From positions 1 to 50,001 of IMG/VR virus record IMGVR_UViG_3300036845_000765: DNA of 50,001 nucleotides; one strand, written 5' to 3'. This stretch comes from a virus. Its lineage: Duplodnaviria; Caudoviricetes. The translations under genes and the position numbers were made by a program. The notes under the pieces were generated by a model. It worked only from the letters and a program-made list of their open reading frames with translations, had not been told where the DNA came from and made no database searches. Numbering within the stretch: position 1 is the stretch's first letter; each line of letters starts with the position of its first letter. Shown piece after piece: positions 1 through 9,308 of the stretch.

Positions 1-182
1 TACTACAACTTCACCGGGGCGCTGCAAGGTGCCTTGGCCCAGTTCCAAGACAACGTCAAGCGTGCACCCAACGACAAGGAAATCAAGGAAATCGGCAATC
101 ACCTGATCCAAGAACAAACCGCTAACACCTGGTTCGGTGGCGCGTTCGGTGGGGAGCCGTTGTATAACATCTCCGTGCCTTC
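1..182. repeat. Terminal redundancy / circular overlap, left copy (matches 49820-50001)
   Basis: Direct comparison: identical except positions 45, 48, 55 and 56 versus 49864, 49867, 49874 and 49875. Confidence 0.97.
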
Positions 183-363
183 CGAAGACGTGGACCGAAT
201 CACTAAAGACAAATACTGGGAACAGCATAACATGCGGCCCAGTCCTCAGATGATTCACAATTACTATGTTCGCGAACAATACAACAAACTCTTCAAAGGC
301 TCTGCGTCCGCTGGGGAGGAGTCCATCGTCTCCGGCACATCTACAAGGCCATCCGCCGAATGA
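1..363 (+). CDS. C-terminal part of an internal virion (ejection) protein that starts at 48380 and spans the join (about 600 aa in total)
   Basis: Frame of the 48380 ORF reaches 49820 on a codon boundary and continues as frame 1 from position 1 to TGA at 363; stop overlaps ATG of the next gene. Confidence 0.85.
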   Translation, partial: YYNFTGALQGALAQFQDNVKRAPNDKEIKEIGNHLIQEQTANTWFGGAFGGEPLYNISVPSEDVDRITKDKYWEQHNMRPSPQMIHNYYVREQYNKLFKGSASAGEESIVSGTSTRPSAE

Positions 364-3300
364 GTGACACTGACTATTCCGTCAACGACTTCATCGCCGA
401 TAACCAGCGTATGGCGAAGATGTTGACCTATGGTGCGATGGATGAAGACCCAGAGCAGGCCACCCGGGCGATCGAGCTTGGTGACTCCTCAGGGGTCCCG
501 GCGTCGGCGATCTATGGCAACGTCGACTCCTTCGAAAAGAAATACAAAGCCGCCCTCCAGTCCGATCTCATCCAACACAATCCACACCTCGCCAACTATC
601 TGGTCGGCGACCCAATGGCTGCGCGGGTGTCCAATGATGACTTGGGCAACCTGGACGAACTAACTCAACAGGTCAACAAAGGCACTGGCAAGTCCAGGCT
701 TCGCCAATGGTTGGATTCGACTTCCGTTTCCCAAACTGTATCCAAGTCCTTCATGGAAGGGTTTGGTGATGAGCCGGTCAGCCCAACTGGGTATCAGGAA
801 TTCTATCAAGGCTATTCTCGGCCCAACGATGTTGAATGGGCCTTGTCCCATCCAGCGCTGAGCTCAGTCCTCTCCCCGATCGGCCGAGCCGAGGGCCTTG
901 GCGAGATCGGGGTTGAAGCGCTCTCCCGAACCACCAACGGGTTGATCAACCTGGGCCACGATGCACTCAGCGCCATGTTCGGCAAAGGCTTCGCGGATGA
1001 GATGGCTGGGGAGGCACAGTATGCTATCACCCGTGGGGACATCGCGACCCCTGGGTTTGGTGGTGGCGCCAAAGGGCCCTTGGGCATAATCGAACAAAAC
1101 CAGCATTTGGTCAAAACCATATCCGATGTCTCCCATGCCTTGGACATTGCTGAACCTTGGTCCCGCATTGGCGAGGATCCACCGGTTGGCCTTCATCCGC
1201 TCATCGACAAAGCCAAGGAACTCCAAGCTAAGGAAGACGCGGATTGGATCGACAAGTCGCTGTCGGCCGCTGCCAAGTCCGCGACTAGGGAGCGTAGTCC
1301 AGAGCTATTTGCCCAGTTCCTCCGGGGCCAGGTAGGCAACCGGGAGATCGGGATCGACCCAGAGGCGATTGCTAAGCTGTACGGAGACAAACCTCCTGCT
1401 CCTGACGACAACATCCTTGGCTGGATACCTGGGTTGGCTGAGAGCCTTGAGGCTGCCAAAGCCACCGGCGCGGATGTCACAGTCCCGCTAGCTGACTACC
1501 TAGCCAAGGTTGATCCGGACATCGCCAAGGAACTCCACGACTTCATTCGGGTTCGGGACAAAGGGGTCACGATCGACGAGGCCAAGATCGAGGCCGAGCC
1601 GAAAACGGCCATTCCCGACCCAGTCGCCTCGATCCGTGCCTCGGCTGGGCTGGAGCCGATCTACGCAGCAGCTGGGGATCGGAAGGTCACACTATCCCGC
1701 AAGGACTACGTTGAGGAAAATGCCCGTGAGTTGGCGCAAGATACCGGTCGTGATTATGACCAGATGTCACCGGAAGACCAAGCTGAAATACGCCGAGATG
1801 CCAACCGAGGCTCCTACAACCTTGACATGCTCGATGAAACTGGAAAGCAGATCGGTTCAATCAAGCTCTCTGAACAGAAAGGGGGCAAGCAACTCTACAT
1901 ACAAATGATCCGCGCTGGTGGTACAGCCTCCATGTACGATCCGAATTTCCTTGGGCCGGCGTTGATCCGTGATCTCAAGCGCCAGCTCAAGTCTATGTTC
2001 CCCAATGCCGAGACCCTAACTGGCTATCGCGTTACCGGGGCTAGAGAAAAGGCTGGTGAGCAGGCATGGATGGCCAAGTCAGCTCTGTCAGTGGTCAAGC
2101 TTGATCTAGGTGAAGATCCCCAAGGGTTTAGGGATCTCCTAAGCCCCTACTGGACCCAAATCGGTCCTGAGTCCTTCGCCTACACCCGTCCAGAATGGTC
2201 CCCTCGCGAAACCCAAATCGCCAACGCGGTGGCACAGGAGGCGGAACGGTTGGCACCGGGGATTGACGTCCAAACCGTTCACAAACTCCTGTTCGAAGCT
2301 GCCGGGAATGGTGTTCGGGGACTATTCAATACCCAAACCAAACAGATGTTCATCTCCCTTGAATCCAAAGCTGGGCAGGTGGGGATTGTCAGACATGAGG
2401 TTGTTCACTGGCTTCGCAGTTCTGGGTTGTTCTCGGAGGGTGAATGGTTGACCTTGGCCAGGGCAGCGCATGACCAGAATTGGATTGAACGGTATAATAT
2501 CTCCGCGCGATACAAGAACTTCGACCCAGAAGCCCAGCTTGAAGAAGCCATCGCGGAAGGGTATCGGCATTGGGCTATGGGAGAGGGTGTAACCAAAGAC
2601 ACCGGGGTATTCCAGAAGATCAAGGATTTCTTCGAAGGGATCTATCGGCAGGTTAAGCAAGTCCTTGGCAAAGACTTCACCTGGGAGGAGCTGTTCAAGG
2701 AGATCGATGCTGGCAGGGTCGGACGGCGCGAAGGGGAGGATGAAGGCCTGGGCCAGCAGGTTTTGGCGAGCTCAGACTTAGCCAATGACATAGCAGGGCC
2801 CGAATCATTTCAGTCACCCCGACACGCTAAGATTAGACTCGATCAATTACTACGAGACAAAGCCCAGTCAAAGAAGCTGGGGGATGATGTGGAATCTACG
2901 GACTATATGCACTATAACGTGGCAATTAGAAGGCTTAGAGAGTATTTAAAGCAGAGTAGGGACGGTGGTTCAGGGCGGGTTTTGGCATCGGCTGGGGAAG
3001 GTGAAAAGCCATCTCGTGGACCAATGGCTCGGGAGGTTGCTCCCCAGCACCTTCCCTGGTATGACAAGGGCTTCCGCGGAGAGCCTCGTGGCGGCAACGA
3101 AGCTGAGCAAGCTGCTTGGGACCGCGGGAAGTTGGATGCGAGCAATGCTGAGCGTCAGGCTTTGGCCGGGCCCAGCAAGCCTGTTGAACAGCCAAGTCCT
3201 GGGCCCGCAGCTGAGCAGCCAACGGCCAAGTCTGGTGAAGCTGGCGAGGAAGAACCCTTCGGCCTATACTCCCGGGGCAAAGCTCTCGGCGTGACCGACG

Positions 3301-6300
3301 CTCACATGGAGCGCATGCACGATCTCATCCGCGAACGGAACGAGAAGGACTTCGAAGCTTCCCAACGCCGGGCCGAGGTTCGCCAACGGCGCCGGTCCAA
3401 TAAAGACTGGAAAGAACGTCGGACTGTTCTCCGCGATGAAGTCCGAGAGCAAATGTCCTCTCGGCCCGATCTGGCTCTAGACGCGGTCCTAACCAAATAC
3501 TCTGTGAAAATCGACCCGGCCTACCTTTCCGAAGACCAGCGTTCGCGCCTCCCCAAAGACTACCTCCAAAAGAAAAACGGAGTCAACCCAGATGACCTTG
3601 CTCCTTACTTTGGCTTTACCTCTGGCGATGCCATGGTCGAGCGCCTTGGTATGCTTACCGAAGAACGGCGACGAGCTGGTATGTCCCAGCGCGATTACCT
3701 CAATCGATCCATTGATGTGGAGACTGACCGAAGACTTAACCAGGAGTTCGGGGATCGGGATAAGCATATCTTGGATGAGGCCAAGGATCAGGCGTTGAGT
3801 GAGACTCAGCTTAGGTTGGTTCATGAGGAGACCATGCAATTCGCGGTCAAGGCTGGGCAGGAACCGCAGTTCACCTTGGATCAAACCCGGGCCATGGTTC
3901 GGCAAGCGTTCGATTCCGTCCCGGTCGGCCAGATCAAATCTGACAAACTCCTCCAGAACGCAGGCAAGCTGGGGAAGAAGATTGAGGAAGCCGGGTCCAA
4001 AGGTGACTGGGCCGAGGCTTATCGCCTGAGCCAGCAGCGGAATCACACCGTGATCGCCGCGAAGATGGCTAGGGATTATGAAAAGGCCCGGGCTAGCTTG
4101 GATCGAACCGCGAAGTCAATGGGCAAGCGGGAACCACCGTCGGTCACTGCGGAGTATGCTAATTGGATTCATGATATGCTTAGTAGGGTTGGGTATAGAA
4201 TCCAAAGGCTTCCCCAGGATCTCGCCGAGAACATTGGGCGCCAGAACGAAAAGACCATTGGGGATTTCAAATCCGCCAAGGAAGCTGAATGGTCATTGGG
4301 TGGCGGGGCGGCTCTGCGGGAACTCCCAATCGCTGGGTGGATCTTGGATGATCCGGCGTTTAAGAAGCCCATTGATGAACTAACCCATTCCGACTTCATG
4401 GCGTTCAAAGGTACCATCGATGGGCTGGTCAAAGCTGGCCGGGATGAAAAGAAGATCTACGCTGCTGGGGAGGTCGCGGATCGGGCAGCGGTGATGGGCC
4501 AGATGATGGGTCAGCTTGGTACCTTCAAGATGAGAGCTTACAAAGCCACCGTCGGAGCCGTGGACAAGTTCCTCAAGCTCCCCAGGTCCTTCTTCGCGGG
4601 CCAGACGGTTATGGAGACCTTGCTCAACCGTTGGGATCGTGGGGACGCCCTAGGCGTGTTCAACCGGTATATCACCTACCCGTTGGCCAAGGCGTCCAAC
4701 TACAAGAACGTTCTCGAGCGCGATGCGGCTGATCAGCTCAAAGCCCTAGGCCGACCCAAAGACCTGAACAAAACCGTGGCCTCCCCGTTCAATGATCATC
4801 TAACCCGAACCGAAGCCAACCCAGATGGGGAGCCTTATTCCAACTTCACGCGAAACAACGTCCTGGCTATGCTCCAGAACGCCGGGAATAAGTCCAACTG
4901 GACCGTGCTGGCCAAGGGGTTTGGGGAGGACCCGGCTAAGCTCTGGGCTTGGTTGGAGAAGAACGTTACCCAGGATGATATCGACCGAGCACAGAAGCTG
5001 GGTGGGATCTTCCAACACTATGTCAAACTGGCCGACAGTGTCTACGAACGTCTTACCGGCGCGACTGTCCAGAAGATCCCGCTGGAACCAGTCACCTTCA
5101 ACACCCGCGAAGGGCCAGTCACCATGCCGGGCTGGTACCATCCGTTGATCAAAGATTCCCGGCGCGAGGAGGTTTGGGAGAAGGATGACGACACCGGGAT
5201 CTGGACTCGGCGGCCAACCGGGAAGCGCGGGTCAGTGGATGATGGGGATTACTTTCATGCGTCGACGTCGAATGGGTATACCATGAAACGTACCGGTGCC
5301 ACCTACCCGCTCGAACTCAACTTTGACATGGTCCCAGCTCGGCTTCAACAGATGATCCATGATATTGCTTACCGCGAAGTGTTGCTGGAGACCAACAAGA
5401 TCTTCTCCAGCAAGGCCTTCCGCGCGGAGGTTCTCAAACACTATGGCGAGGAATACCGGGATCTGCTCGAACCATACCTCCATGGCATCGCCGGGGCAGA
5501 GTCAATACCGTCTAAGGCCTTGGCTGGCTGGGCCAACCTAGCCGAAGTGTTTCGTCAGAATGTAATCTCCAGCTTGATCGCGTTCAATCCCTACACCGCA
5601 CTCAAGCATGGGCCAACTGCGTTGGTTATGTCCAGTCGGGAAGTCGGACCGGTTAAGTTCGCCAACGCGCTGATGCACTACTACGGCAAATCCCCAGACC
5701 TAACCATGACCAATTCCAAGTTCGCGATGACCCATTCTGAAGAACTCCAACGTCGGGAGCGCCACTGGCAAGAAGCCATCCGTGGCCAACTCGACAAACT
5801 CGGTATCCAAACCAACCCGGCCCAGGCAGTTCGCAACTTCATGATGGAGAAGGGGGCTTGGCTGGTTGCCAAATCCGACATGATGTCGGCCAAACCCACT
5901 TGGACCGCGGCGTTTAATGAGGCTATCGCGGCTGGGAATGACTTTGGCACGGCTGTCCAACTCGGCGATCGCGCAGTCCGGCGAGCCCACGGGTCCACAG
6001 CAGCCACTAACCAGCCATTGTTCGTTTCCAACAAAGCCGGACTCCAGCGTTGGTTCACTTCGGTGTATGGGTTCTTCGGGACCAACATGCAGCGGAGGAT
6101 CGAGATCGCGCATGATCTGAATGACACATACCAGCTTGGCCGCCAGAAGCAATGGTCAGCAGCAGCAGCACATTTGCCTGGACTGTTAGCCGACGTGATG
6201 ACCTACGTGGTCTGGCCGACCATCGTCGAGGAAGCCGTCACCGGCCTAACCACTCAGGACAAAAAGGGCTGGGGACAACACCTCGCTGCGGGGGCATTCT

Positions 6301-6644
6301 TGGGCCTCTCGACTAGTGTTCTCTACCTCCGCGATCTGGTCCAGGCCGTTGTCCACGGTCGCGATGTCTCAGCGGGTCTCCTCGGTGCCCCGTTCCAGGA
6401 TGTCGCCAACGTGGCGAGGGACTTCGGCAAAGGGAACAAATCCTGGTCTCGCCAGAATGCTGGACGGACTGTGGGGCATATGCTAAACCTAATCGGTGAC
6501 GGAACCGGTATGGCCCCGCATACTCTCAACAACGCGGTTAAGTTCGGCATCGACCTTGTCAACCACCAAGCCCATCCCCACTCCCCAATGGAAGTCTTCC
6601 GCGGTGCTACCCGTGGGCAAACTCAACGAAAGGTTGAACGATGA
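360..6644 (+). CDS. Giant internal virion/DNA-ejection protein (2094 aa, T7 gp16-like position; polyvalent-type with HExxH zincin-like motif)
   Basis: Last and largest gene of the ejection cluster; RHEVVHW...EEAIAE motif; helical, hydrophobic C-terminal region. Confidence 0.75.
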   Translation: MSDTDYSVNDFIADNQRMAKMLTYGAMDEDPEQATRAIELGDSSGVPASAIYGNVDSFEKKYKAALQSDLIQHNPHLANYLVGDPMAARVSNDDLGNLDELTQQVNKGTGKSRLRQWLDSTSVSQTVSKSFMEGFGDEPVSPTGYQEFYQGYSRPNDVEWALSHPALSSVLSPIGRAEGLGEIGVEALSRTTNGLINLGHDALSAMFGKGFADEMAGEAQYAITRGDIATPGFGGGAKGPLGIIEQNQHLVKTISDVSHALDIAEPWSRIGEDPPVGLHPLIDKAKELQAKEDADWIDKSLSAAAKSATRERSPELFAQFLRGQVGNREIGIDPEAIAKLYGDKPPAPDDNILGWIPGLAESLEAAKATGADVTVPLADYLAKVDPDIAKELHDFIRVRDKGVTIDEAKIEAEPKTAIPDPVASIRASAGLEPIYAAAGDRKVTLSRKDYVEENARELAQDTGRDYDQMSPEDQAEIRRDANRGSYNLDMLDETGKQIGSIKLSEQKGGKQLYIQMIRAGGTASMYDPNFLGPALIRDLKRQLKSMFPNAETLTGYRVTGAREKAGEQAWMAKSALSVVKLDLGEDPQGFRDLLSPYWTQIGPESFAYTRPEWSPRETQIANAVAQEAERLAPGIDVQTVHKLLFEAAGNGVRGLFNTQTKQMFISLESKAGQVGIVRHEVVHWLRSSGLFSEGEWLTLARAAHDQNWIERYNISARYKNFDPEAQLEEAIAEGYRHWAMGEGVTKDTGVFQKIKDFFEGIYRQVKQVLGKDFTWEELFKEIDAGRVGRREGEDEGLGQQVLASSDLANDIAGPESFQSPRHAKIRLDQLLRDKAQSKKLGDDVESTDYMHYNVAIRRLREYLKQSRDGGSGRVLASAGEGEKPSRGPMAREVAPQHLPWYDKGFRGEPRGGNEAEQAAWDRGKLDASNAERQALAGPSKPVEQPSPGPAAEQPTAKSGEAGEEEPFGLYSRGKALGVTDAHMERMHDLIRERNEKDFEASQRRAEVRQRRRSNKDWKERRTVLRDEVREQMSSRPDLALDAVLTKYSVKIDPAYLSEDQRSRLPKDYLQKKNGVNPDDLAPYFGFTSGDAMVERLGMLTEERRRAGMSQRDYLNRSIDVETDRRLNQEFGDRDKHILDEAKDQALSETQLRLVHEETMQFAVKAGQEPQFTLDQTRAMVRQAFDSVPVGQIKSDKLLQNAGKLGKKIEEAGSKGDWAEAYRLSQQRNHTVIAAKMARDYEKARASLDRTAKSMGKREPPSVTAEYANWIHDMLSRVGYRIQRLPQDLAENIGRQNEKTIGDFKSAKEAEWSLGGGAALRELPIAGWILDDPAFKKPIDELTHSDFMAFKGTIDGLVKAGRDEKKIYAAGEVADRAAVMGQMMGQLGTFKMRAYKATVGAVDKFLKLPRSFFAGQTVMETLLNRWDRGDALGVFNRYITYPLAKASNYKNVLERDAADQLKALGRPKDLNKTVASPFNDHLTRTEANPDGEPYSNFTRNNVLAMLQNAGNKSNWTVLAKGFGEDPAKLWAWLEKNVTQDDIDRAQKLGGIFQHYVKLADSVYERLTGATVQKIPLEPVTFNTREGPVTMPGWYHPLIKDSRREEVWEKDDDTGIWTRRPTGKRGSVDDGDYFHASTSNGYTMKRTGATYPLELNFDMVPARLQQMIHDIAYREVLLETNKIFSSKAFRAEVLKHYGEEYRDLLEPYLHGIAGAESIPSKALAGWANLAEVFRQNVISSLIAFNPYTALKHGPTALVMSSREVGPVKFANALMHYYGKSPDLTMTNSKFAMTHSEELQRRERHWQEAIRGQLDKLGIQTNPAQAVRNFMMEKGAWLVAKSDMMSAKPTWTAAFNEAIAAGNDFGTAVQLGDRAVRRAHGSTAATNQPLFVSNKAGLQRWFTSVYGFFGTNMQRRIEIAHDLNDTYQLGRQKQWSAAAAHLPGLLADVMTYVVWPTIVEEAVTGLTTQDKKGWGQHLAAGAFLGLSTSVLYLRDLVQAVVHGRDVSAGLLGAPFQDVANVARDFGKGNKSWSRQNAGRTVGHMLNLIGDGTGMAPHTLNNAVKFGIDLVNHQAHPHSPMEVFRGATRGQTQRKVER

Positions 6645-7300
6645 GCCTAACCGAAGTAATGCCGTTACTAATCGCCGCGATGGCCGTGTTCGGTGGCGTT
6701 ACGCTGGGCTTGATGGCACTGGCTTGGCGAGCGCTGGGGATTGCTCATGATCTCGCCAAGCTGGCATTGAGTCAGGGGATCACCCCGCCACCCAAGCTCC
6801 CGGTCATTCTCAAATCCTCGTCAACCGAGGTGGTGCCACAGACCAAGCCCAGCGCTGTGCCGGTGCCTACCGCTCCAACCCCAGTGATCGACCCAGCGCT
6901 AGTCGCCGCTGTGAAGAAGTTCGAAGGGTTCTCGGCTAAGGCGTATGGGGATTTCAAGCAATACTCAATCGGGTATGGAACCAAAGCCACCGGGCCGGAT
7001 GAAACCATCACCGAGGCCGAAGCTGAAACCCGCCTGAACGAAGAACTCGCCAAGGCCGAGGCCGCTGTGGAGAGCTTCGCGCCTAATGCTCCCAAGGGCG
7101 TCAAGCAAGCCCTAACCGATCTGACCTACAATTCCGGCACTGCCTGGATGAAAGCCGGGCTTGGGCAACTCATCCAAGCTGGTGACTACACCAGTGCCAA
7201 AGAACGTATCCTGCAATACAACCATGCAGGTGGGGAGGTCAATTCTGGCCTAACCAAACGTCGGGAGGCAGAAGCTTCCTGGTTCGACAACCCTCTGTGA
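6641..7300 (+). CDS. Endolysin, GH24 phage lysozyme with N-terminal signal-anchor (SAR-like) and Pro-rich linker
   Basis: FEGFSAKAYGD...SIGYGT, ALTDLTYNSG and GLTKRREAE motifs; Ala/Gly-rich hydrophobic N-terminus. Confidence 0.9.
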   Translation: MSLTEVMPLLIAAMAVFGGVTLGLMALAWRALGIAHDLAKLALSQGITPPPKLPVILKSSSTEVVPQTKPSAVPVPTAPTPVIDPALVAAVKKFEGFSAKAYGDFKQYSIGYGTKATGPDETITEAEAETRLNEELAKAEAAVESFAPNAPKGVKQALTDLTYNSGTAWMKAGLGQLIQAGDYTSAKERILQYNHAGGEVNSGLTKRREAEASWFDNPL

Positions 7301-7314
7301 AAGGAAAGACGACT

Positions 7315-7572
7315 ATGCCGATTGATGAAGGAACTGTCAACGCTGTGGAAGGTGCCGTCAACGCGGTGGTGCCGATTGTGATTAGTCTCGTCCCCGGTGC
7401 CGGGGTCGCCAGCCCGTTCATCGCTGCTGGGCTGCCTGCGTTGGAGAAGATCCTCAACGCTGCGTTGTTCACTACCAGCTCGACGAAGAGCGGGTTCAAC
7501 TGGGAAGCTGGGTTTGCGGAATTGATGACCCATCTGAATCCGGGTGGTGCGAACTCGGCGAAGCTGAGCTAA
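7315..7572 (+). CDS. Small hydrophobic protein in the lysis cluster
   Basis: ORF with AAGGAAAG RBS; hydrophobic middle segment. Confidence 0.6.
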   Translation: MPIDEGTVNAVEGAVNAVVPIVISLVPGAGVASPFIAAGLPALEKILNAALFTTSSTKSGFNWEAGFAELMTHLNPGGANSAKLS

Positions 7573-7597
7573 CCCAACCAAACCCGGCGAGGACTCC

Positions 7598-8053
7598 ATG
7601 GCAGTGCAGGAAAACGGTTATGTCTCACGAGGCAATCTAATCGCCGTTACCACCGTTGCTGGGACTGTCCTCGCTGGGGCCGGTGGGTTCTTTACGTTTA
7701 GCTATAGCACACAACAGCTTCAGATCTCTGATTTGAAGCATACCATCGAAGGTGTGGAAGGTAGCTACCTGCGGAAAGAAGAACACGCAGAATTTCTTCG
7801 CCGGATCGAGGGTAGGATTGAGTTGATCGCGGCCCAGGTTCTCCGTGACGAACATGATATAGTCCCACGGTCCGAGCACGATCAACAATGGTCTGCAGAG
7901 AAAGATCGACAGACGAGGATGCAAGCGGATATCAAGGAGATACAAGCTCAGCTCGGAGGGAATTTTACATTGCATGATAAGCTGATCGAAATCCAAAATC
8001 ATCTTGACGCGTTGAGTGCTAGGCTGAATAAGGATAAGACCAATGCCAATTAG
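7598..8053 (+). CDS. Membrane-anchored coiled-coil protein (possible spanin-like lysis accessory)
   Basis: N-terminal TM followed by heptad-rich helix; GAGGA RBS; lysis context. Confidence 0.5.
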   Translation: MAVQENGYVSRGNLIAVTTVAGTVLAGAGGFFTFSYSTQQLQISDLKHTIEGVEGSYLRKEEHAEFLRRIEGRIELIAAQVLRDEHDIVPRSEHDQQWSAEKDRQTRMQADIKEIQAQLGGNFTLHDKLIEIQNHLDALSARLNKDKTNAN

Positions 8054-8588
8054 ATTGCCAATTCCGGCTGGGCCGAAGATCACTATTCGCTTCGTCCTCC
8101 ATGAAGGCTGGGCCGCGGACGCCATCGCCATTAGCGAAGGAACGTTCATGCCGTTCGCGCCGGGGCACGCAGAAGGGATTACACCGGAGGGTACCCACAT
8201 CGGCCAGTTTGGGGAGGCCCATGTCAACGCGGTCAAAGCTGGGATGCAGGAGCTACCGGAAGGATATGACACCGGCCAGATCCGGACCCTTCCCAATGGC
8301 CGGCCCTGTGATCTCTGGGTTGATCTGGCCTGTACCCAAGCCCAGGCGGATGCCTTCTATTCCTACATGCGGGCCAGCCTTGGGGAGCCCTATGACTGGC
8401 GAGCGATTCTCGGCTTCGCCATTCCCTTCCACGCCCACGAGCTCAACCATGCTATCTGTTCCGCCAAGGTAGCGCTAGGCCTGCGCAAGGCTGGGATCTT
8501 CCCTTGGCCTCTGCCGGTGCCGGCCCATTTGATCAACCCAGGCCGATTGTTGCTTTTGCTCAGCGTACTCACCGAGGTTCCTCATTAA
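8043..8588 (+). CDS. Permuted papain-like (NlpC/P60, YiiX-type) hydrolase
   Basis: His (PGHAE) precedes GEPYDW...ICS Cys motif, as in circularly permuted NlpC/P60 enzymes. Confidence 0.65.
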   Translation: MPIRLPIPAGPKITIRFVLHEGWAADAIAISEGTFMPFAPGHAEGITPEGTHIGQFGEAHVNAVKAGMQELPEGYDTGQIRTLPNGRPCDLWVDLACTQAQADAFYSYMRASLGEPYDWRAILGFAIPFHAHELNHAICSAKVALGLRKAGIFPWPLPVPAHLINPGRLLLLLSVLTEVPH

Positions 8589-8599
8589 GGCTGGGCCAT

Positions 8600-8908
8600 A
8601 TGGAAAACGACCCTGGGTTTTTCCACAACTTGGGTTTGCATATTCAAGCCATCATTGGGGGTGGTCTTGGCGGTGTCGCCAGTTCCTTCCTTCGCCGACT
8701 GGCTAAGCCTGTGGAGATCATTGGCACGGTGTACATCGGCATGTTCACAGCGAACTACTTCCATGAAGCTGTGGAACACTACCTAGGCGTTTCTGAGCAA
8801 ACCGCCGGGGCGATTCTCGGCATCACCGGAGTTATCTTCTGTCAGTTCATCGTTGACAAGGCAAAGGAATGGCGGTTGTTTCAAGCAAAGGGTCCCGCGA
8901 ATGATTGA
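8600..8908 (+). CDS. Putative holin
   Basis: About 102 aa, 2-3 hydrophobic segments, AIIGGGLGGVAS motif, basic C-terminus. Confidence 0.65.
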   Translation: MENDPGFFHNLGLHIQAIIGGGLGGVASSFLRRLAKPVEIIGTVYIGMFTANYFHEAVEHYLGVSEQTAGAILGITGVIFCQFIVDKAKEWRLFQAKGPAND

Positions 8909-9308
8909 CCAAGTCTTTGATCCGGCTATCGCGCTGGTTGTGTTTAGGGTAGCGAGTTTCTTCTGCATGACCCTATTGGTCTACGTGGCCCAGCAAACCG
9001 AGTTCGACCCGGTGAACTCGTGTGATCCACGGTGGCTGAGATGGGTTCGTAGGGGGTTGTTCTACATCGCGGCGCTGGCATCGGGGGCGCAGGCGTTGGT
9101 GCCGAGTATTTGGACTTTGGTTGTTCAACTGGTCGCTGCCGACTTCATGCTCTTGATCAACGCGGTGTCCCTCCATCTCCGCGCTCCCAGAGATCCGGGT
9201 AGCCATGCCCGATCCTCGCGACAGCCCAATGCTAATCCTCCCCACCGTCCATCCTTGGCTTCGCAGCCCGCCACATTCGCTGACCGGTCAGATAGTTCCC
9301 AGCGGTAG
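8901..9308 (+). CDS. Multi-pass membrane protein (lysis cluster)
   Basis: Three hydrophobic segments; overlaps the holin stop; 3' end overlaps the convergent ATPase gene. Confidence 0.55.
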   Translation: MIDQVFDPAIALVVFRVASFFCMTLLVYVAQQTEFDPVNSCDPRWLRWVRRGLFYIAALASGAQALVPSIWTLVVQLVAADFMLLINAVSLHLRAPRDPGSHARSSRQPNANPPHRPSLASQPATFADRSDSSQR

